DNA of 64,000 bases from Lama glama (lineage: Eukaryota), in contig CM052817.1 in assembly GCA_028534125.1 (NCBI GenBank), positions 6,016,001 to 6,080,000 of the forward strand. Reading direction: 5' to 3'. The position numbers and the translations under genes were made by a program. Positions 12,561 to 26,107 of the stretch are shown in pieces. The notes under the pieces were generated by a model. The model saw only the letters and a list, made by a program, of their open reading frames with translations. It made no database searches and was not told the DNA's origin. The stretch's first letter is position 1, and each line of letters begins with the position of its first letter.

Positions 12561-13769
12561 TATTCAATTTGTGTTAAATATATGCAATATCTTTTATCTA
12601 TGAATGAGCATGACAATTAGCACTTTCAGAAACAGACCATAAGTATAATGTTCTGTAATTAGAGAAATAGACTCTGGACAAAATTGGATAAAACTTGGCC
12701 TCAGTCACAGTATTTATTACGTCTAAGAGTTTTATGGTATATGAAAGTGAACCATTAGGATTCCATGTCCTGATGATTAACTGCACAAGAGTCCAAAGAA
12801 GCAACTTATGATCCAAAGGGCTAGTGCCGATTTGACAAGGACTGTTTGGGAAACCTGTCCACGTCTGCTGAAACTTTCAGAAATTAATCACAGCAGTAAA
12901 TTGCTGAAAGTATTCTTCGGCTTGAGTAGGGGAGGGATAAAGTTAGGCAAAGCCAAGGGCGTGGGAGAGGACCTGCTTGTTTTAACAATTCCTCAAGTAA
13001 CATCTGAAAGTGCAATTTCTTAGGAATAGGCACTGGGACAGTAGCAGGATGGGCTTTCGTGATGGATGTGGGACAGCGGCATCTTTCCAGAACATGCCCG
13101 GGGAGCCGTCTTTTCTGCTGACCTGGGTGTCCCAGGGAGTGCAGGAGAGGTGGGCAGGCAGGGTGGCGTGAAGGACCAAGACTTCAGGGGTGATGATGCG
13201 GGCAGTGGACTGGGTGGCTTTGTGTTTATGAACCATATCCATGGATTCACAGCATGTGAGAGACCACTGGGTCCTACCACATTTCTATAGGTGGGAGACT
13301 AAGGGCCAGCGAGGGAGTATCATTTGCCTAAAGTCAGGAGCAGCGACAGAGATGGGGCCAGAAGCAACCAGGCTTCTGGACTTGCCCCTTGCATGCTCCA
13401 CCTAATGGGAAGGTGTGGCCGAGGGTCACAGGTTTGTCTCCAGGGGGTTCTAAGACTCCTGGCAATGCTTATCTAATATGATTTTAATCAAATGGGCTAA
13501 ATTTTAGCATAATTGAGTGTTTACTGTGCAGCCACTATGCACTCAGCACAGTGCCACGTGTTTGCTGCAGGGAAAACAACATTTACTAAACTTTGGTCTT
13601 TGTGGTTGATAATCATGGGCAGCAGGTCTACTGTGTATGCTTAACACCGAACTAGATGGAGCATGAGATGCCTTCAGCCTACACGGAGAGGCAGGGCGAC
13701 TTCCCAGTGTAGGCAGGACGGCAGGGGGTGAAAGAGGGAGGAAAGAATCCTGAAAATCATCAGTTCAGT

Positions 13770-14010
13770 TCAACATCCTTTTGTCCAGGGTCCGTCATGG
13801 GTCAGTAACTGTGCTCTAGGATTCGGTTGGTTATCACCTTTAAAATGGACAAGTATCTTATGATGTAGGTGCATTTCCTCTGTTTTATAGACATGGAAAC
13901 TTAAATTTGGAGAGGTTACGTTCCTTGCAGATTTCAATTTGGAAAGCGGTAGCACTGGGATTAGAACCCAGGGCTCCTGGTCCCCAAGCCCAACATTCAT
14001 GCAACCACGT
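13770..14010 (-). mobile_element. MIR SINE
   Basis: tttatagacatggaaact...gagaggttac...ggattagaacccagggctcctg. Confidence 0.65.
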
Positions 14011-14664
14011 TAAAGTTGCTTCTGTGCATCAAAAATAATGTTTAACCTCCCCTGTTTTACACCTCAGTCCAATGTCCTTTGCTCTGTGAATCCTTCTTAG
14101 GACACACAATTCTTCCTCTGAGGCAGAATTGATACGTGCACACTTTTTTGAGTTCCCCCAGCACTTAGTATAGACCCAACTGGACTGTGGACACCTCACG
14201 GTCTAAGGTCTTATGTGACTCCATCCCCTGGCACAAAATGATTTGAATAAAGTGACCTTCTACTCTGGTAGTTATCATTACAGTGTTGCAGCTGCCTTTT
14301 TAAAATTCTTCTATTTGTGGCTACTTGATATTTCTCTATGGGAAAGTGTACTAGGGACATTAAAGAGTTGCCAAATGCCTTTCCTTTTCTCTGAATGGTG
14401 GTGAGACAAAATACTGTCCCGTAGTGTCATTAATGAGAGATTTTCCAAAGTTGACAACATTAGCTTTCAACTGAATGTTGTACCAATGCCTCTATTGATT
14501 TTGAGACAGTGATTGAAATAAATTTAAATCCAAAATGGTAGGAGAGTAATTTTAAATTTACTTCTAATTATTTCTAGGTCTGTGGACTAAAGGTTTTATT
14601 TTTGTTAAGGATATAATCTATAGGACGCCAAATTCCATTTTTGCAAAGTTTTGTGTTGCTGTAT

Positions 14665-14684
14665 TCTGCCACTAGGGGGCAATA
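14665..14684 (+). promoter_or_regulatory. CTCF-binding core motif
   Basis: TCTGCCACTAGGGGGCAATA closely matches the CTCF consensus CCACYAGRKGGCR. Confidence 0.7.
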
Positions 14685-16351
14685 TCATCCATCAATTCAT
14701 GTTTCTTTGCACTAAACATTGTACAGTTTGGATGGGTGGGAAATTAGGGAACAGGAAGCGGAGTTTGCAGAAAAAGCTTTAGATACTTGCAAATGTATGA
14801 AAATCTTGAAAACATTGCTGCGGTTGACAAAACACTGGATTCTGGTCTAGGCTCTGACTGCTTGCTCTGTGACCTTGAGCGAGCTACTTCTCTTGCTAGG
14901 ATTCTTTGCATAAAATGAGGGTACTCAACCAGATTAACTCTAAGCTCATTTCTGATTCTAATTTCTTTGACATCTAAATTCGGCTAAAAGCAAACTAGTC
15001 GAAAGGCCTTTTGATGGCATTATGTGGAATTCTCTTTTGCTTCTTTTCAAGCAAGCTTGTGTTTCCAGAGACACATGTTCAACCACCTAGGCATAATTCC
15101 CTCTTTCTTTTCTTGGCTGGTTTATTGTATTTCGTTATCAATTCATTCTTGTATATGGTGTACTTTTCACCCTAGAGGAAACTGGTTTGGAGTTTGTGCT
15201 TGGTTCACATGTAAGGCAAAGAGAAACTCATTTTAGCCTCCTTTATTCTCAGCAGTAAGACGCTGAGCCACACGGTTTTTGACTATTGCAGTTATCCTTA
15301 TCTGAAGAGAGATGATTTCTTCTGATCTGTGGCTAATGCTAATGGTTCATCCCAAACAACTTACATCTTATAAATACTTCCACTTTTACCCATTTTTAGG
15401 AATGAAAAAAAAACCAATCTTCAGGGAAGATAAGTTCTCAAACTCTGACAGTTTCCGGATAATGTCAGAATATGATTCCAAGAAAAATAATATGAAATGT
15501 ACATTAACATAAATCTATAACTGCTCAACTGGATGAAAAATATCATCATAAAATTCTGCCATGTTTTTTTGTATGTCATTTTGTGAGAATGAATAAATTA
15601 TCTGAGAATGAGTTTGCATCAAAAATACAGAATTTTGTAATAAACACATAAATCATTCAAGCATTTTCCAGCACGATGCCTGATCCAAAAAAATGGGGGT
15701 ATTCATATTACCTTCCCCTCTTTCAGTCTCCTCGGTACAGTGCCTTAGAGTTCTGGGTGGTAATGGAGAACCATCAATTACGGAAGTGTAGGAGAAGAAG
15801 ACGTAAAGAAAATAACTCTTATTGAAGAAGTTCTGCGCACCACCTACAAGCTCAACTTCCGTGAGCCTCACTCTCACTGAGGTCCTCTCTGCAGTTATGA
15901 CTTCAGTTGACACTGGGGTTGACTTTTGAAAAACAGTCATATTTTGTCACCATGATACCCATATATCAGCCAACATTGCCTACAAAATTGACAGCACTCA
16001 CTTAACTCTGAAAGATACATTCTTGTGGCACTTCCTGAGGAACTGCTTTTGTTTTGTTTTGAGCAGCTAATTTCACATAAAAAAGCATGATCCCCTTTTT
16101 GCTTAGACTACTGGGAAGCTCAGAGGCAAACTAGTAGCTTCATTTTAATAGAATGTACTGATGTGTGCCCGAGGATCCTGAATTTTATCTTTACCTTAGT
16201 CTCATAGTCTATCTAGATATTTGCTATGATTAAAAAAAAAAGTTCTTCTAGTCTACCATGCAAGTTTTTGTTAACTACTCCAAATATTTGTGAGCTGAGG
16301 CAAAGTGTAGATAAATACATGTAGAGAAATACAATAAATACAATAAATAGT

Positions 16352-17140
16352 TGTGATATTGTGATTTATAATAAGAAATATATATTTGGTCTTTAGAGTC
16401 TGGTCCAAGCTCCTCAATCCCTTGGAATTTCCCAGATGATGCTATGCTAGCAAGCTTTTGTAACGTCAAGGAAGCAACTTTTGGACCCCACCTAAGAATG
16501 GGGGCTGGCCGCCAGTGGAGCCAACCATGTGATTAGAGGGTTGGAACTTACAGGCTCCCACATCTACCCACACATCCACACCCCAGGGAGTGGAGAGTGG
16601 CTTGAGAGTGTGCTCAACCACCAATGGTCAATGATTTAATCAGCCGTGCCTATGTCCTGAAGCCTGCATAAGAGCCTGAAAGTTTGGAGTTTGGAGGGCT
16701 TCTGGGTTGGTGAGCACTTGGAGATTTGGGGAGTGTGGAGGCCCTGTGCCCTCTCCCCATACCTTGACTTATCTGTCTCTTGCCTCTGGCTGTTTCTGAG
16801 TTATATCCTTTTATACTAAGCTGGTCATTTAGTAAGTACAATGTTTCTCTGAGCTCTGTGAGCCACCCTAACAAATCAATCAAACCTAAGGAGGGGCTGG
16901 TTGGAACCTCCAATCTAGAGCCAGTCTGTCAGAACCACAGGTGACAACTGGGTTTGGGATGACATCTGGGGTGGTGGTCTTGTAGGGCTGAGCCCTTAAG
17001 CTGTGGGATCTGATGCTACCTCTGGGTAGATAGTGTCAGAATTGGGTTGGATTATAGGACACCCCACTGGTGTCCAGAGAATTGCTTGATAGTGGAGGGC
17101 AAGCCCCTCACAAGTTGGAATTGGGATTAGAACCATCTTG
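16352..17140 (+). mobile_element. MER21-family solo LTR
   Basis: Starts tgtgatattgtgatttataataagaaatatatatttggtc and contains ccaaccatgtgattagagggttggaact and ccaatggtcaatgatttaatca. Confidence 0.8.
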
Positions 17141-17779
17141 ATAGTCAAACAGACATATTCCTATATGCAGAACGGGGGTCAAAGAAGATTCTGAAACCAA
17201 AGAAGTGAAGGAGGATGTCTATAAAAAAGAGAGACTGTGAAACCCACCTCTTGTCCACTTTCTCCCCAGGACTCATTTCTCAATAAATGCCCATGAAGGT
17301 TCTGTTATGACCTAGAACATTTCTATGTGAATGATTATGGTCTGATCTGGGATCTCTCTGTGCTTCTGGTCCTTTTCTCTGTCAAGAGGTGTGAAAGTCC
17401 TTCCTCTGCATAATTCACGTGGTTCTCGAAGGACTGAAAATACATCAGTTAATGGAGAAGGGCTCTGAATCAAGTGCTGTGTACATCCAAGGTCCTGCCA
17501 TGCGTAAGGGCTACGGAGCACTGATGTGAAAGCTCCCCTGTGTTGAGGGGTTTAGGGTGGTGGACGGGGAAGTTAGACTGGGACCTGTCAGGCTGTGCAG
17601 GATGGAGAGGAGAGATGGACCAGGGGACAGCTGCTGTTTCCTGCCTCTGCTGATTCAACTGACCTGCGTGGTCATAACCCTGCCCACCTCACACTTATAG
17701 AGGAGGAGAGGAGAGCTGCTTTACCTAAGGGCACACGGCCAGGGAGTGGCCGAGCCCGGGCTTTGGCTGCTCTCATTGC

Positions 17780-18260
17780 TCCTTCCACCATGTTTCCCTT
17801 TGTGGGAATCTTCTCTGTGCCCCTCCAGGTCTGCCCTCCACCTTGTCCACCCTGCTCCACCCCCTCTCGAGCCTGGGGGACCAACCAGCACATGCGGGCT
17901 GCCCTGCCTTGTGGTTTCTAGTTGGGTTCAGCCATTGGGAAGTCCCAGCAGGAGAGTTGAGAGAGGCTGGAGGATGAAATTGGCGTGTTGACTCCCACCC
18001 TGTGAGGTCCTCTTGGGGTGGTGGTGCCCCTCAACCAGTGGTCATCGCTCCTCTCAAGGTGGTGTGCTCTTTCTGGTTCTCCTTAGCTGTCCCCTGATCC
18101 CTTTGGGTCTTGGGGTGGTGACAGCACTACAACACCCTCCGTTGTTTTTCCCCTACACCTCACACTCCTTACTAAATAGTTCTTTTGTACATGAACCTCT
18201 TTATTTGGTGGCCTAATTTGGGTATGCCATCTGTTCCCTGTTAGGACCCTAACTATTACA
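17780..18260 (+). mobile_element. LTR33-like ERVL solo LTR
   Basis: Contains ttgggttcagccattgggaag and ends gccatctgttccctgttaggaccctaactattaca. Confidence 0.7.
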
Positions 18261-19224
18261 CTTTCCATTAAAGAAAACGTGATGTTACTGATACGTTGTA
18301 GAATACAGCATCAGACACAGACGGTGAATTTGGTGTGTTTCAGTTATTGGGAAATGTAAATCATGGGACTGTCATCTTTCCTAACTGGACACTGTAGAGA
18401 AGATGGGGTACTGGGGGACGTGATGAGAGAAGCTATAACGTGTACAATCCAATTAAATTTCTTTGTCTCTCCTCCACGTGTGCTTCCAGCGCTACTGAAA
18501 TTGATTATTTCCTTTCAGCTTCTTACCTGTCTCTTCATCTCCAAATTGAGTTGCTCTGCCTAAAGCTTTAAAAATCTATTTTCATATTAATTAATCAGCA
18601 TTTTAAAATTAGATTTCTGTCTTGCCATTTTACCGGGGGTGTGTTTACAGAAGTAACTTAGTTTTATATTTGATGCAACCGGTATGTTTCAAAACACTTC
18701 CCCAGAATTGCACAATACGGAATATGACTTTCACACTCAACTTTTCCATCAGTCAGGTAAGGTGATTAAAAGGCATCAGATGTGAGAGAGTCTTTCTAAC
18801 ATTAGTTGTTTCATGAAGGTTAATTCAGTTGATAACCTTGAAGAAAATTTGTGACCACAAGCAAAAAGGCAAGAGGATCTTGGAAGCAAAGAAGTATACA
18901 AATACACTGATACTTCAGACTTTGTGGTTTGACTTTACCTTTGTCATGCTGGCTTCTGATGTCCTTGGAGATGGGTTGTTCTGCCTGCAGAAGACAATAT
19001 GGCAGCATTACCTCTTAAATCGGAACTATATTGTCTCGTGACACCACTCAGTACAGTTAGAGTCCCAAGGATAAAGGCCTGAGTCCCTGGGTTCATCATT
19101 CTTAGAGATCGCCCTGTGTGTGTGTTGGCCCTCAGAAAACATGTGTTAATATGTGTAAATCTATGTACCGCTGGGCCGGTGATGAGTGTTCAGGTGGAAT
19201 GTGGCATAAAAATATTTGGCTTGA

Positions 19225-19409
19225 TAGATAAACAAGATTATACTGTATAGCACAGGGAAATATATGCAAGATCTTCTGGTAGCTCATGGAGAAAAAAATG
19301 TGGCAATGAATATACATATGTTCATGTATAACTGAAAAATTGTGCTCTACACTGGAATTTGACACAACATTGTAAAATGATTATAAATCAATAAAAATGT
19401 TAAAAAAAA
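19225..19409 (+). mobile_element. Young camelid L1 3' end (5'-truncated) with target-site duplication
   Basis: Near-identical to 42895-43078 and ends in an A tail. TSD aaaaatatttggcttga (19208-19224) / aaaaaaatttggtttga (19403-19419). Confidence 0.88.
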
Positions 19410-19962
19410 TTTGGTTTGAGATCCACTCCTGCTTCTTATTGCTGTGAAACTTTGGAAAGGCATTTACTGTATTATGAGCCTTACACTTTTCATCTTTTTA
19501 ACAGGGAAAATACTTAGTCAATTCATCTCTTTGACTTATTGTGAAGATCAACATACATGATCAAGGACATAAAGCGAACAAGCAGGCAGATCAGAGCGTG
19601 GCCTCGTGGGATGCCCGTGTGGGGACTGCACCTCCACCACATTCCAGCTAGGAGAACATGGTCACTTAACCTCCTGAGCCTCTGTCTCCTCATCTGTGAA
19701 ATGCAGGGAACAAAAGTACTGAGACCTCATGAGGGCGGGAGGTGACACACGCAGTAAGACATGCAGTGTGCCTGGAACAGGAAATGACACTGTGCAAGCT
19801 GAATAACCGTTCCCTGTCATTACTCATTGTATTAAAGGCACTGCTGGACTATTAAGGGCGGGCTGTTCTATCGTTCCACATGAGGGTGAAGAAGATGATG
19901 GAGACATTGTAATGATGCTCTATGCCTTTGAAAGCCTTTAGGCCTAGGTCAGTCTTGGGGTC

Positions 19963-20524
19963 CATGATGGTTAATTTTATGTGTCAGACTGACAAGGTCA
20001 CAGGGTGTCCAGCTATTTGGTTCAACATTATTTCTGGGTGTGTGTGTGTGAAAGTGATTCTAGCTGAGATGAGAATTTGAAGGAATAGACTGAGCAAATC
20101 GTATTGCCCTCCCCAGTGTGAGTGGGCACCACTCAGTCCATTGAGGGTCTGAATAGAATCAAAAGGCAGAGGAGAGGAGATCTGATCTCTCTGCCTGACT
20201 GTTGACCAGGGATGTTGGTCTTATCCGCCCTCGATGGACTGACATTTACATCATTGGTTCTCTTGGTTCTCAGGCCTCTGGACTCAGGCTGGAACTCACA
20301 TGGCTGACTTTCCTGGGTCTCCAGCTTTCAGATGGCTGATGATGGGACTGAGATGGAGATGATCACTATTTATATGTATATATGTCTATCTTCACATATC
20401 TCTATATGTCTCCATCATATCTATCTTATCTGTTTGTCTGTGTGTCTATCTATCTATCTACCCATCCATCCATCTATCTATCTGTCTGTCATCACCTCTG
20501 TTTTTAGAGAGCCCTGACTAATGC
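19963..20524 (+). mobile_element. MLT2 (ERVL) solo LTR
   Basis: tgatggttaattttatgtgtca...ttgccctccccagtgtgagtgggcacc...ccctgactaatgca, with an internal (TCTA)-rich tract. Confidence 0.85.
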
Positions 20525-21356
20525 ACAGACTTTGTGCTGCTCTTTATTGGCATCAAGTTGAGCTGGCCTAGGTGGGTGGAGAGGAAGGGCCACTGAACCC
20601 CTCGTTACTGCTTATGCCCTGGTGTTCAACATCCACTTCTTTTCCTCTGTGGAATACTGAACCACTGTATTTATGCCTGGAAAGGGCGTGGCTCTTCTGC
20701 GGGTCAATCTAGTCAAGAGTTGAGTCCACTCTTGGATTTTGTTGTTGCTCTGTCTTTCTTCAGCACATCATCAGCTTCCCGTTCCTCCAGGGTGACCCTA
20801 TGGAGGCTGGTGTGCTGGAGGGTTTTTACAAAGTTTGTGTTGCATCCTCACCTTTCAGCTTCCCTGTGCACCTGCCCCGCAGAGGCAGCCTCTCTCAATG
20901 CCCTTGCCCACCTCCCATTGCTGGCCTGGAAAAGGAGAGGTTCTTGATTGTCTCTGTCTCTGGAGGACCCTGCATGATGAGGGTGTCAGGGCAGGGTTTC
21001 CTTAGTGTTCTTGCTTTTTTCCCCCTTTGGTGGCCAAATTCCATTTTGTGCCTTTGGGTATTAGCCCCATTTGGATCTTTTGCATGAGAGTTTCTTTGCA
21101 GTGCATCTTCCCCAGAGGGAGGTGCCCTCTGATGGCATGAGTATAGGATCCCCAGCCTAGGAATATTTCCTGCCCCTCCCCAGGGCTACTCTCTTCCTCT
21201 ATCAAACATATATTTATTAGTGCCTACTGTATACCTGCATCAATGCTAGATTATGAGGGACCAAAGAGGAATAAGATCTTGGATGCTAAAGGGAGACTCC
21301 AACATGCATGCAGGTCTGGGTTTACAACATACTGTAATACAGGTTCAATTAAAAGG

Positions 21357-21567
21357 CAAGTTTTTCAATCTTAGCACCGTTGAGAGTTGGGGCTGTACAA
21401 TCCTTTGCTGTTGGGGGGCTGCCCAGTGCTTCTGCAGTATTCCTAGTGGCATCCCTGCCCTCCACCCAGTAGATGTCAGTGGCACTCCCCCAGTCCTGAT
21501 TGAAAATGTCTCCAGGCGTTGCCAAATGAATGCTCGGGGGCAAAATGGTCCTGGATGAGAGCCACTG
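21357..21567. mobile_element. MER20 (hAT-Charlie) MITE
   Basis: ggcatccctgccctccacccagtagatgtcagtggcactcccc...aaaatgtctccaggcgttgccaaatg...gagagccactg. Confidence 0.85.
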
Positions 21568-21919
21568 ACTATAAAGCAATGTGTTATTGGTGTCAAAGGC
21601 TGCTTTGTATTGCTTCTTCCAGAAGGCTTCTCAAAAGTCTCTGACTGGGCTCAGAGACGCAGCTCCCTGCTCTCTGTAACTTGTGTTACCTCTGTCTTAG
21701 CATCTTGTCTGACATCACTGAAACTGCCAGGTCAGGCCACCACCTCCTCCATTAGACTATGGGCCCTGGCTCAGTCTTTATCCTCATGGTTGAGCAGAAT
21801 ACTTTGTATATAACAAGTGCCCAAGAAATGACAAGCTGGGTAATGGTTTGGTGGTTTAAGACAGTTGTAACCAGCCTACAGAGTCGACATGGGAACTGGC
21901 CCCTGTAAGGACTCTCTCT

Positions 21920-22119
21920 TTTTTTTTTTTTTTAATTGAAGTGCAGTCAGTTACAATGTGTCAGTTTCTGGTGTACAGCACAATGTCCCAGTCATGCATA
22001 TACATACATATATTCATTTTCATATTCTTTTTCATTAAAGGTTATTACAAGATATTGAAGATAGTCCCCTGTGCTATACAGAAGATGTTTGTTTTTTCAA
22101 ATCTATTTATATATATAGT
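21920..22119 (-). mobile_element. Camelid/artiodactyl L1 3' end
   Basis: Poly(T) then aattgaagtgcagtcagttacaatgtgtcagtttctggtgtacagca. Similar to 60217-60490 and 57875-57980. Confidence 0.85.
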
Positions 22120-22339
22120 CCAACTCATATTTCTTGAATGAATTTGTTGACTGGTTAAAGTGTTTAGCTGGGTGTCTGTGTAAAGAGGAAATGTTCAATA
22201 TTTCATGCCTCATCTTGGTCTCCCAATCTCTATCGGCTGTGTTCTGTGTGAATGGCATTGCTTGGTAAAAATCGCAGTTTTTCTCTTCTTGTCAATATTT
22301 AACAGAAGCCCTGGAGTTAAATAGGTAAACAATGTGAAC

Positions 22340-22860
22340 AGCTAATGCACAAGGAAGAATGTGCTATAAATATTCAAAAGCATGTTCACACTCACTAATA
22401 AATGTGATACAAGTTTTAAAACAAGAACAGTGAAATCCCTTTTTAAAAAAATTATTATTAAAAAAGTAATAGCCAGTTTCGGTGAGAATTCTGTGAGGTG
22501 GAAATTCCAATGTAGGGCTTCCAGGAGGGTAAATTGAAATGATTTTTCAGAAAGAAATTTTACTGCATGTACCCAAAGCCTTTCAAATGTTTTCACTAAA
22601 CTGTTACATAAAATAATTAAAAATCTTACAATGGGGAAAGATGTATCTATGAAGATCATGCTTATTAATGCTTGCTTATCATATGGGAAATAGTTTTATG
22701 ACCAGAACGTAATGTTAAAAGAAAGGACTCCCTTCCGTGAAGTATATCTGCACAGAAAACATCAACATGAAGTGCACCAAAGTGTTATTTGTAACTGATA
22801 GTCCTGCAACCCCAGGGGTGATTAATTTGCATTTTATGCATTTCTACATTAAGAAAATTA
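22340..22860 (+). mobile_element. Very old L1 (L1ME-like) 3' fragment
   Basis: Degraded ORF2-end/3'UTR motifs (catgttcacactcactaata, gtgcaccaaagtgtta, tttatgcatttct). Confidence 0.5.
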
Positions 22861-23047
22861 ACCATTAGCAAAAGTGTCATTAAAAACAAAATCCTGTATC
22901 TGTTTAGAGCATTTTCATTTACAAGATAGCTTTCTAAGATTATCTTTTGTGGTCTCCAAACAGCTTTTCCAAGTAGGCATGGGAGGGACTTTTATTCGTG
23001 TTTTGTCTGTGGGTTTACAAAGAGGCTCAGAGAGGTTGTGTGACTTA

Positions 23048-23589
23048 CAGTTGTCTCTTGGTATCGGTAGGGGATACCAAAATCCTGTGAATACCAAAAT
23101 CCGTGGATGCTCAAGTCTTTTATATGAAATGACATAGATTTGCAAATAACCTACACACGTCCTCCTGCATGCAGCTGACCATTGAACAACACGGGTTTGA
23201 ACTGGGTGGGTCCATTTATAATGAGATTTGTATTCATTAAGTACATATGATGGCACTGCATGATCCTCGGTTGCTTGAATCTACGGACGCGGAATGGCAC
23301 ACGTGGTGGGGTGATGTAAAGTTGTGTGCAGATTTTCAGCTGCCCAGAGGGTCGGGCCCCGAACCCCGGGGTTGTTCAAGGGCCAGCTGCACTTTGAATC
23401 ATCTCTAGATTACCTATAACACCTAATACAATGTAAATGCTATGTAAATAGTTGTAAATACTAAATAGTTGCTGGTATACAGAAAATTCAAGTTTTGCGT
23501 TTTGGAAATTTCTGGAAATGTTTTTTTTTTCAAATTCTTGTGTGGTTGAATCTGTAGATGGGGAACTGGCAGATATGGAGGGCTGACTA
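23048..23589. mobile_element. MER2 (Tigger) MITE, interrupted by a second MITE
   Basis: TA|cagttgtctcttggtatc...ataccaaaatccgtggatgctcaagtc...catctctagattacctataacacctaatacaatgtaaatgctatgtaaatagttgt...gatatggagggctgacta|TA. Confidence 0.85.
23172..23389. mobile_element. Tigger2-derived MITE nested in MER2
   Basis: Terminal inverted repeats cagctgaccattgaacaac / gttgttcaagggccagctg (Tigger2-type CAGTTGACCCTTGAACAAC). Confidence 0.8.
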
Positions 23590-23900
23590 TATGAATCACC
23601 ACACAAGTAGCAGTTGGAATCATCGGTCCTAAAATCTGGGCAAAATGATATGTCATTATTCAAAAGATTAGAGTCTAAGCTCTGCTTCTGGAAAACAAGA
23701 TGAGCATTAGATGAGATGCGAGTGAAACTCCTTAGCCTGGTGCCTGGCTCACAGAAAGTCTTCAACAAATATTAGTTTTCCTTCCGTCTAGGGGCTCATT
23801 CTACAGGACCATGATGCCACCAGTGTCCCCCTGCACCTCACTGAGCTTGACCTGCTCATCACCTAACAGTATGCCTCGGGAAGGACAGATGGGAAACTCC

Positions 23901-24400
23901 NNNNNNNNNNNNNNNNNNNNNNNNNNNNNNNNNNNNNNNNNNNNNNNNNNNNNNNNNNNNNNNNNNNNNNNNNNNNNNNNNNNNNNNNNNNNNNNNNNNN
24001 NNNNNNNNNNNNNNNNNNNNNNNNNNNNNNNNNNNNNNNNNNNNNNNNNNNNNNNNNNNNNNNNNNNNNNNNNNNNNNNNNNNNNNNNNNNNNNNNNNNN
24101 NNNNNNNNNNNNNNNNNNNNNNNNNNNNNNNNNNNNNNNNNNNNNNNNNNNNNNNNNNNNNNNNNNNNNNNNNNNNNNNNNNNNNNNNNNNNNNNNNNNN
24201 NNNNNNNNNNNNNNNNNNNNNNNNNNNNNNNNNNNNNNNNNNNNNNNNNNNNNNNNNNNNNNNNNNNNNNNNNNNNNNNNNNNNNNNNNNNNNNNNNNNN
24301 NNNNNNNNNNNNNNNNNNNNNNNNNNNNNNNNNNNNNNNNNNNNNNNNNNNNNNNNNNNNNNNNNNNNNNNNNNNNNNNNNNNNNNNNNNNNNNNNNNNN
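23901..24400. other. Assembly gap (500 N)
   Basis: Run of exactly 500 N. Confidence 1.
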
Positions 24401-25899
24401 TAGAGGCTGATGGAACAAAAGACAGCACACTAGGAAAAGATACACTTTCACGTGCAGGGATAGGCTAGTAGAGGACTGTCACAGGGTGAAGGTGGGGGTG
24501 GCTACACCAGTGTCCCTGCAACCTCAGAATTCCTCCACTTTCTAACATGCCCCCAACCAGCTTTCAAAATTAGGTGGTAACATTCCACAGTAACTGCAAA
24601 ACTGTAAACTCTCAGGGTGCCAAAGGAAGGTCCAGATGTCCCAGAGGAAAATTCCACCTTGGTGTCTCTGAGCATCAGCCATACCAGATGTCTTGCGGTT
24701 CCACAGTTCTTTGATGCTCTTGTTTATAACTGCGGTTCCCTAGATCATGGTGCATGGAACTACCCACTCCCTCTTTTTTTCTTTTCTGTTGTCAACCTCA
24801 ATGACTACCTCAAGCTCAACACAGCTTTGAGGTTTGCATTTAATCCTAAGTGTTCACCTCCTTCCACGTCGATTCACACTACATTCCTATTTACTAAGTG
24901 GGGAGGGGGCTTCTTTACAGTGCTGCATTGTTAGTAAGTCAATATCTGTTCTGTTTCTGGAATGTTCTTTTTGTGCATTCAAAAACTTCAAAATTAAAAA
25001 AAAGGGCTACATCCAGAAGGCCTGAAGCTGGGTTTATGTGCTGAGAAAACAGCCATTTGAGTTGCTGCTTTGGCATTTGACAGTATGACAACCTGCTCAC
25101 ACCCACAGTCTGGACATTTAGAGGGGGACCTGAGCTTCAGATTCCTGCCACAAGTTTCTGCTTTGCTCTGCCCAGGGCACCTTTTAAAATAACTACTTAA
25201 AGCTGAGCCTGTGAAAAGTTCGTGATCTCCATCTGCCCCAACCACCTTGTAAGTACCAGGCACAGGCTCCCCTGCTTTCCATCTCCTGCTCTTTCCTGAT
25301 CTGGGAAATAAGTCTAGTGACTCTCCTTCCTTTGTGTGAGTGTGTATTGAAACTGCGCCGTCAATCAGGAGGCACTGGGGTTTTCACTTCCCCAGAGTGG
25401 GAGCTTGGGTGCCGAGGGAGCTCCCTGCATACCTTGTGTGGGGGGCCTCTACCTCCTCATGTGGAAGGTCATCATCTACACATTCTTAATCTAACACACA
25501 GGCTTCAGGTTTCCCAATACAGGAAGAAGGGACTGGAGGAGGTCAAAACGTTCTGCATGATAGAGACGTGAATTCGGGCAACATAGGAATAAGAGGGTGG
25601 GAAGGAGACACAGCGGAGGGCAGGGGGAGGAGTCAGGGGGATGTTATGAGCTGAGCTATGTGAGGTGAAGCCGTGGGGAAAAGTGGACCTGGGGAATGGA
25701 CGTCTATCATGAGATTTACATCAGGCATGGTGTAGAGTATGACCTTCCTATTCCGTCTTACTCCTAAATCTTCAGGCACCAGCTTTGCTTTATGCACCAG
25801 GCTTGTCTTGGTTGTTGCTCTGGTGAGAAGTGGGGACAAAAGAGCAGCTGGCAGTGTCAGGATGACGATGGCTCACATTTATCTGTGGCCTCATTGTAA

Positions 25900-26090
25900 C
25901 TTAATACCGTACTTTCCAGGTGACTGGCCTTCTTCTACCACATTCCATATGCTAACTCAGGTGAACCTCACAACTCAATGATAGGTGGTCTTAGTATTTC
26001 CACTTACAGATGAGGACACTGAGGCATAGCAAGTTTCCTCCCTGCTAGTAAGAGGCAGAGCCCAGCTTTGGGTCTACTCCCTGCAGCCTA
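25900..26090 (-). mobile_element. MIR SINE
   Basis: cctcacaac...ttacagatgaggacactgaggcatag...ctagtaagaggcagagc. Confidence 0.7.
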
Positions 26091-26107
26091 GAATGCAGTC
26101 AAAGCTT

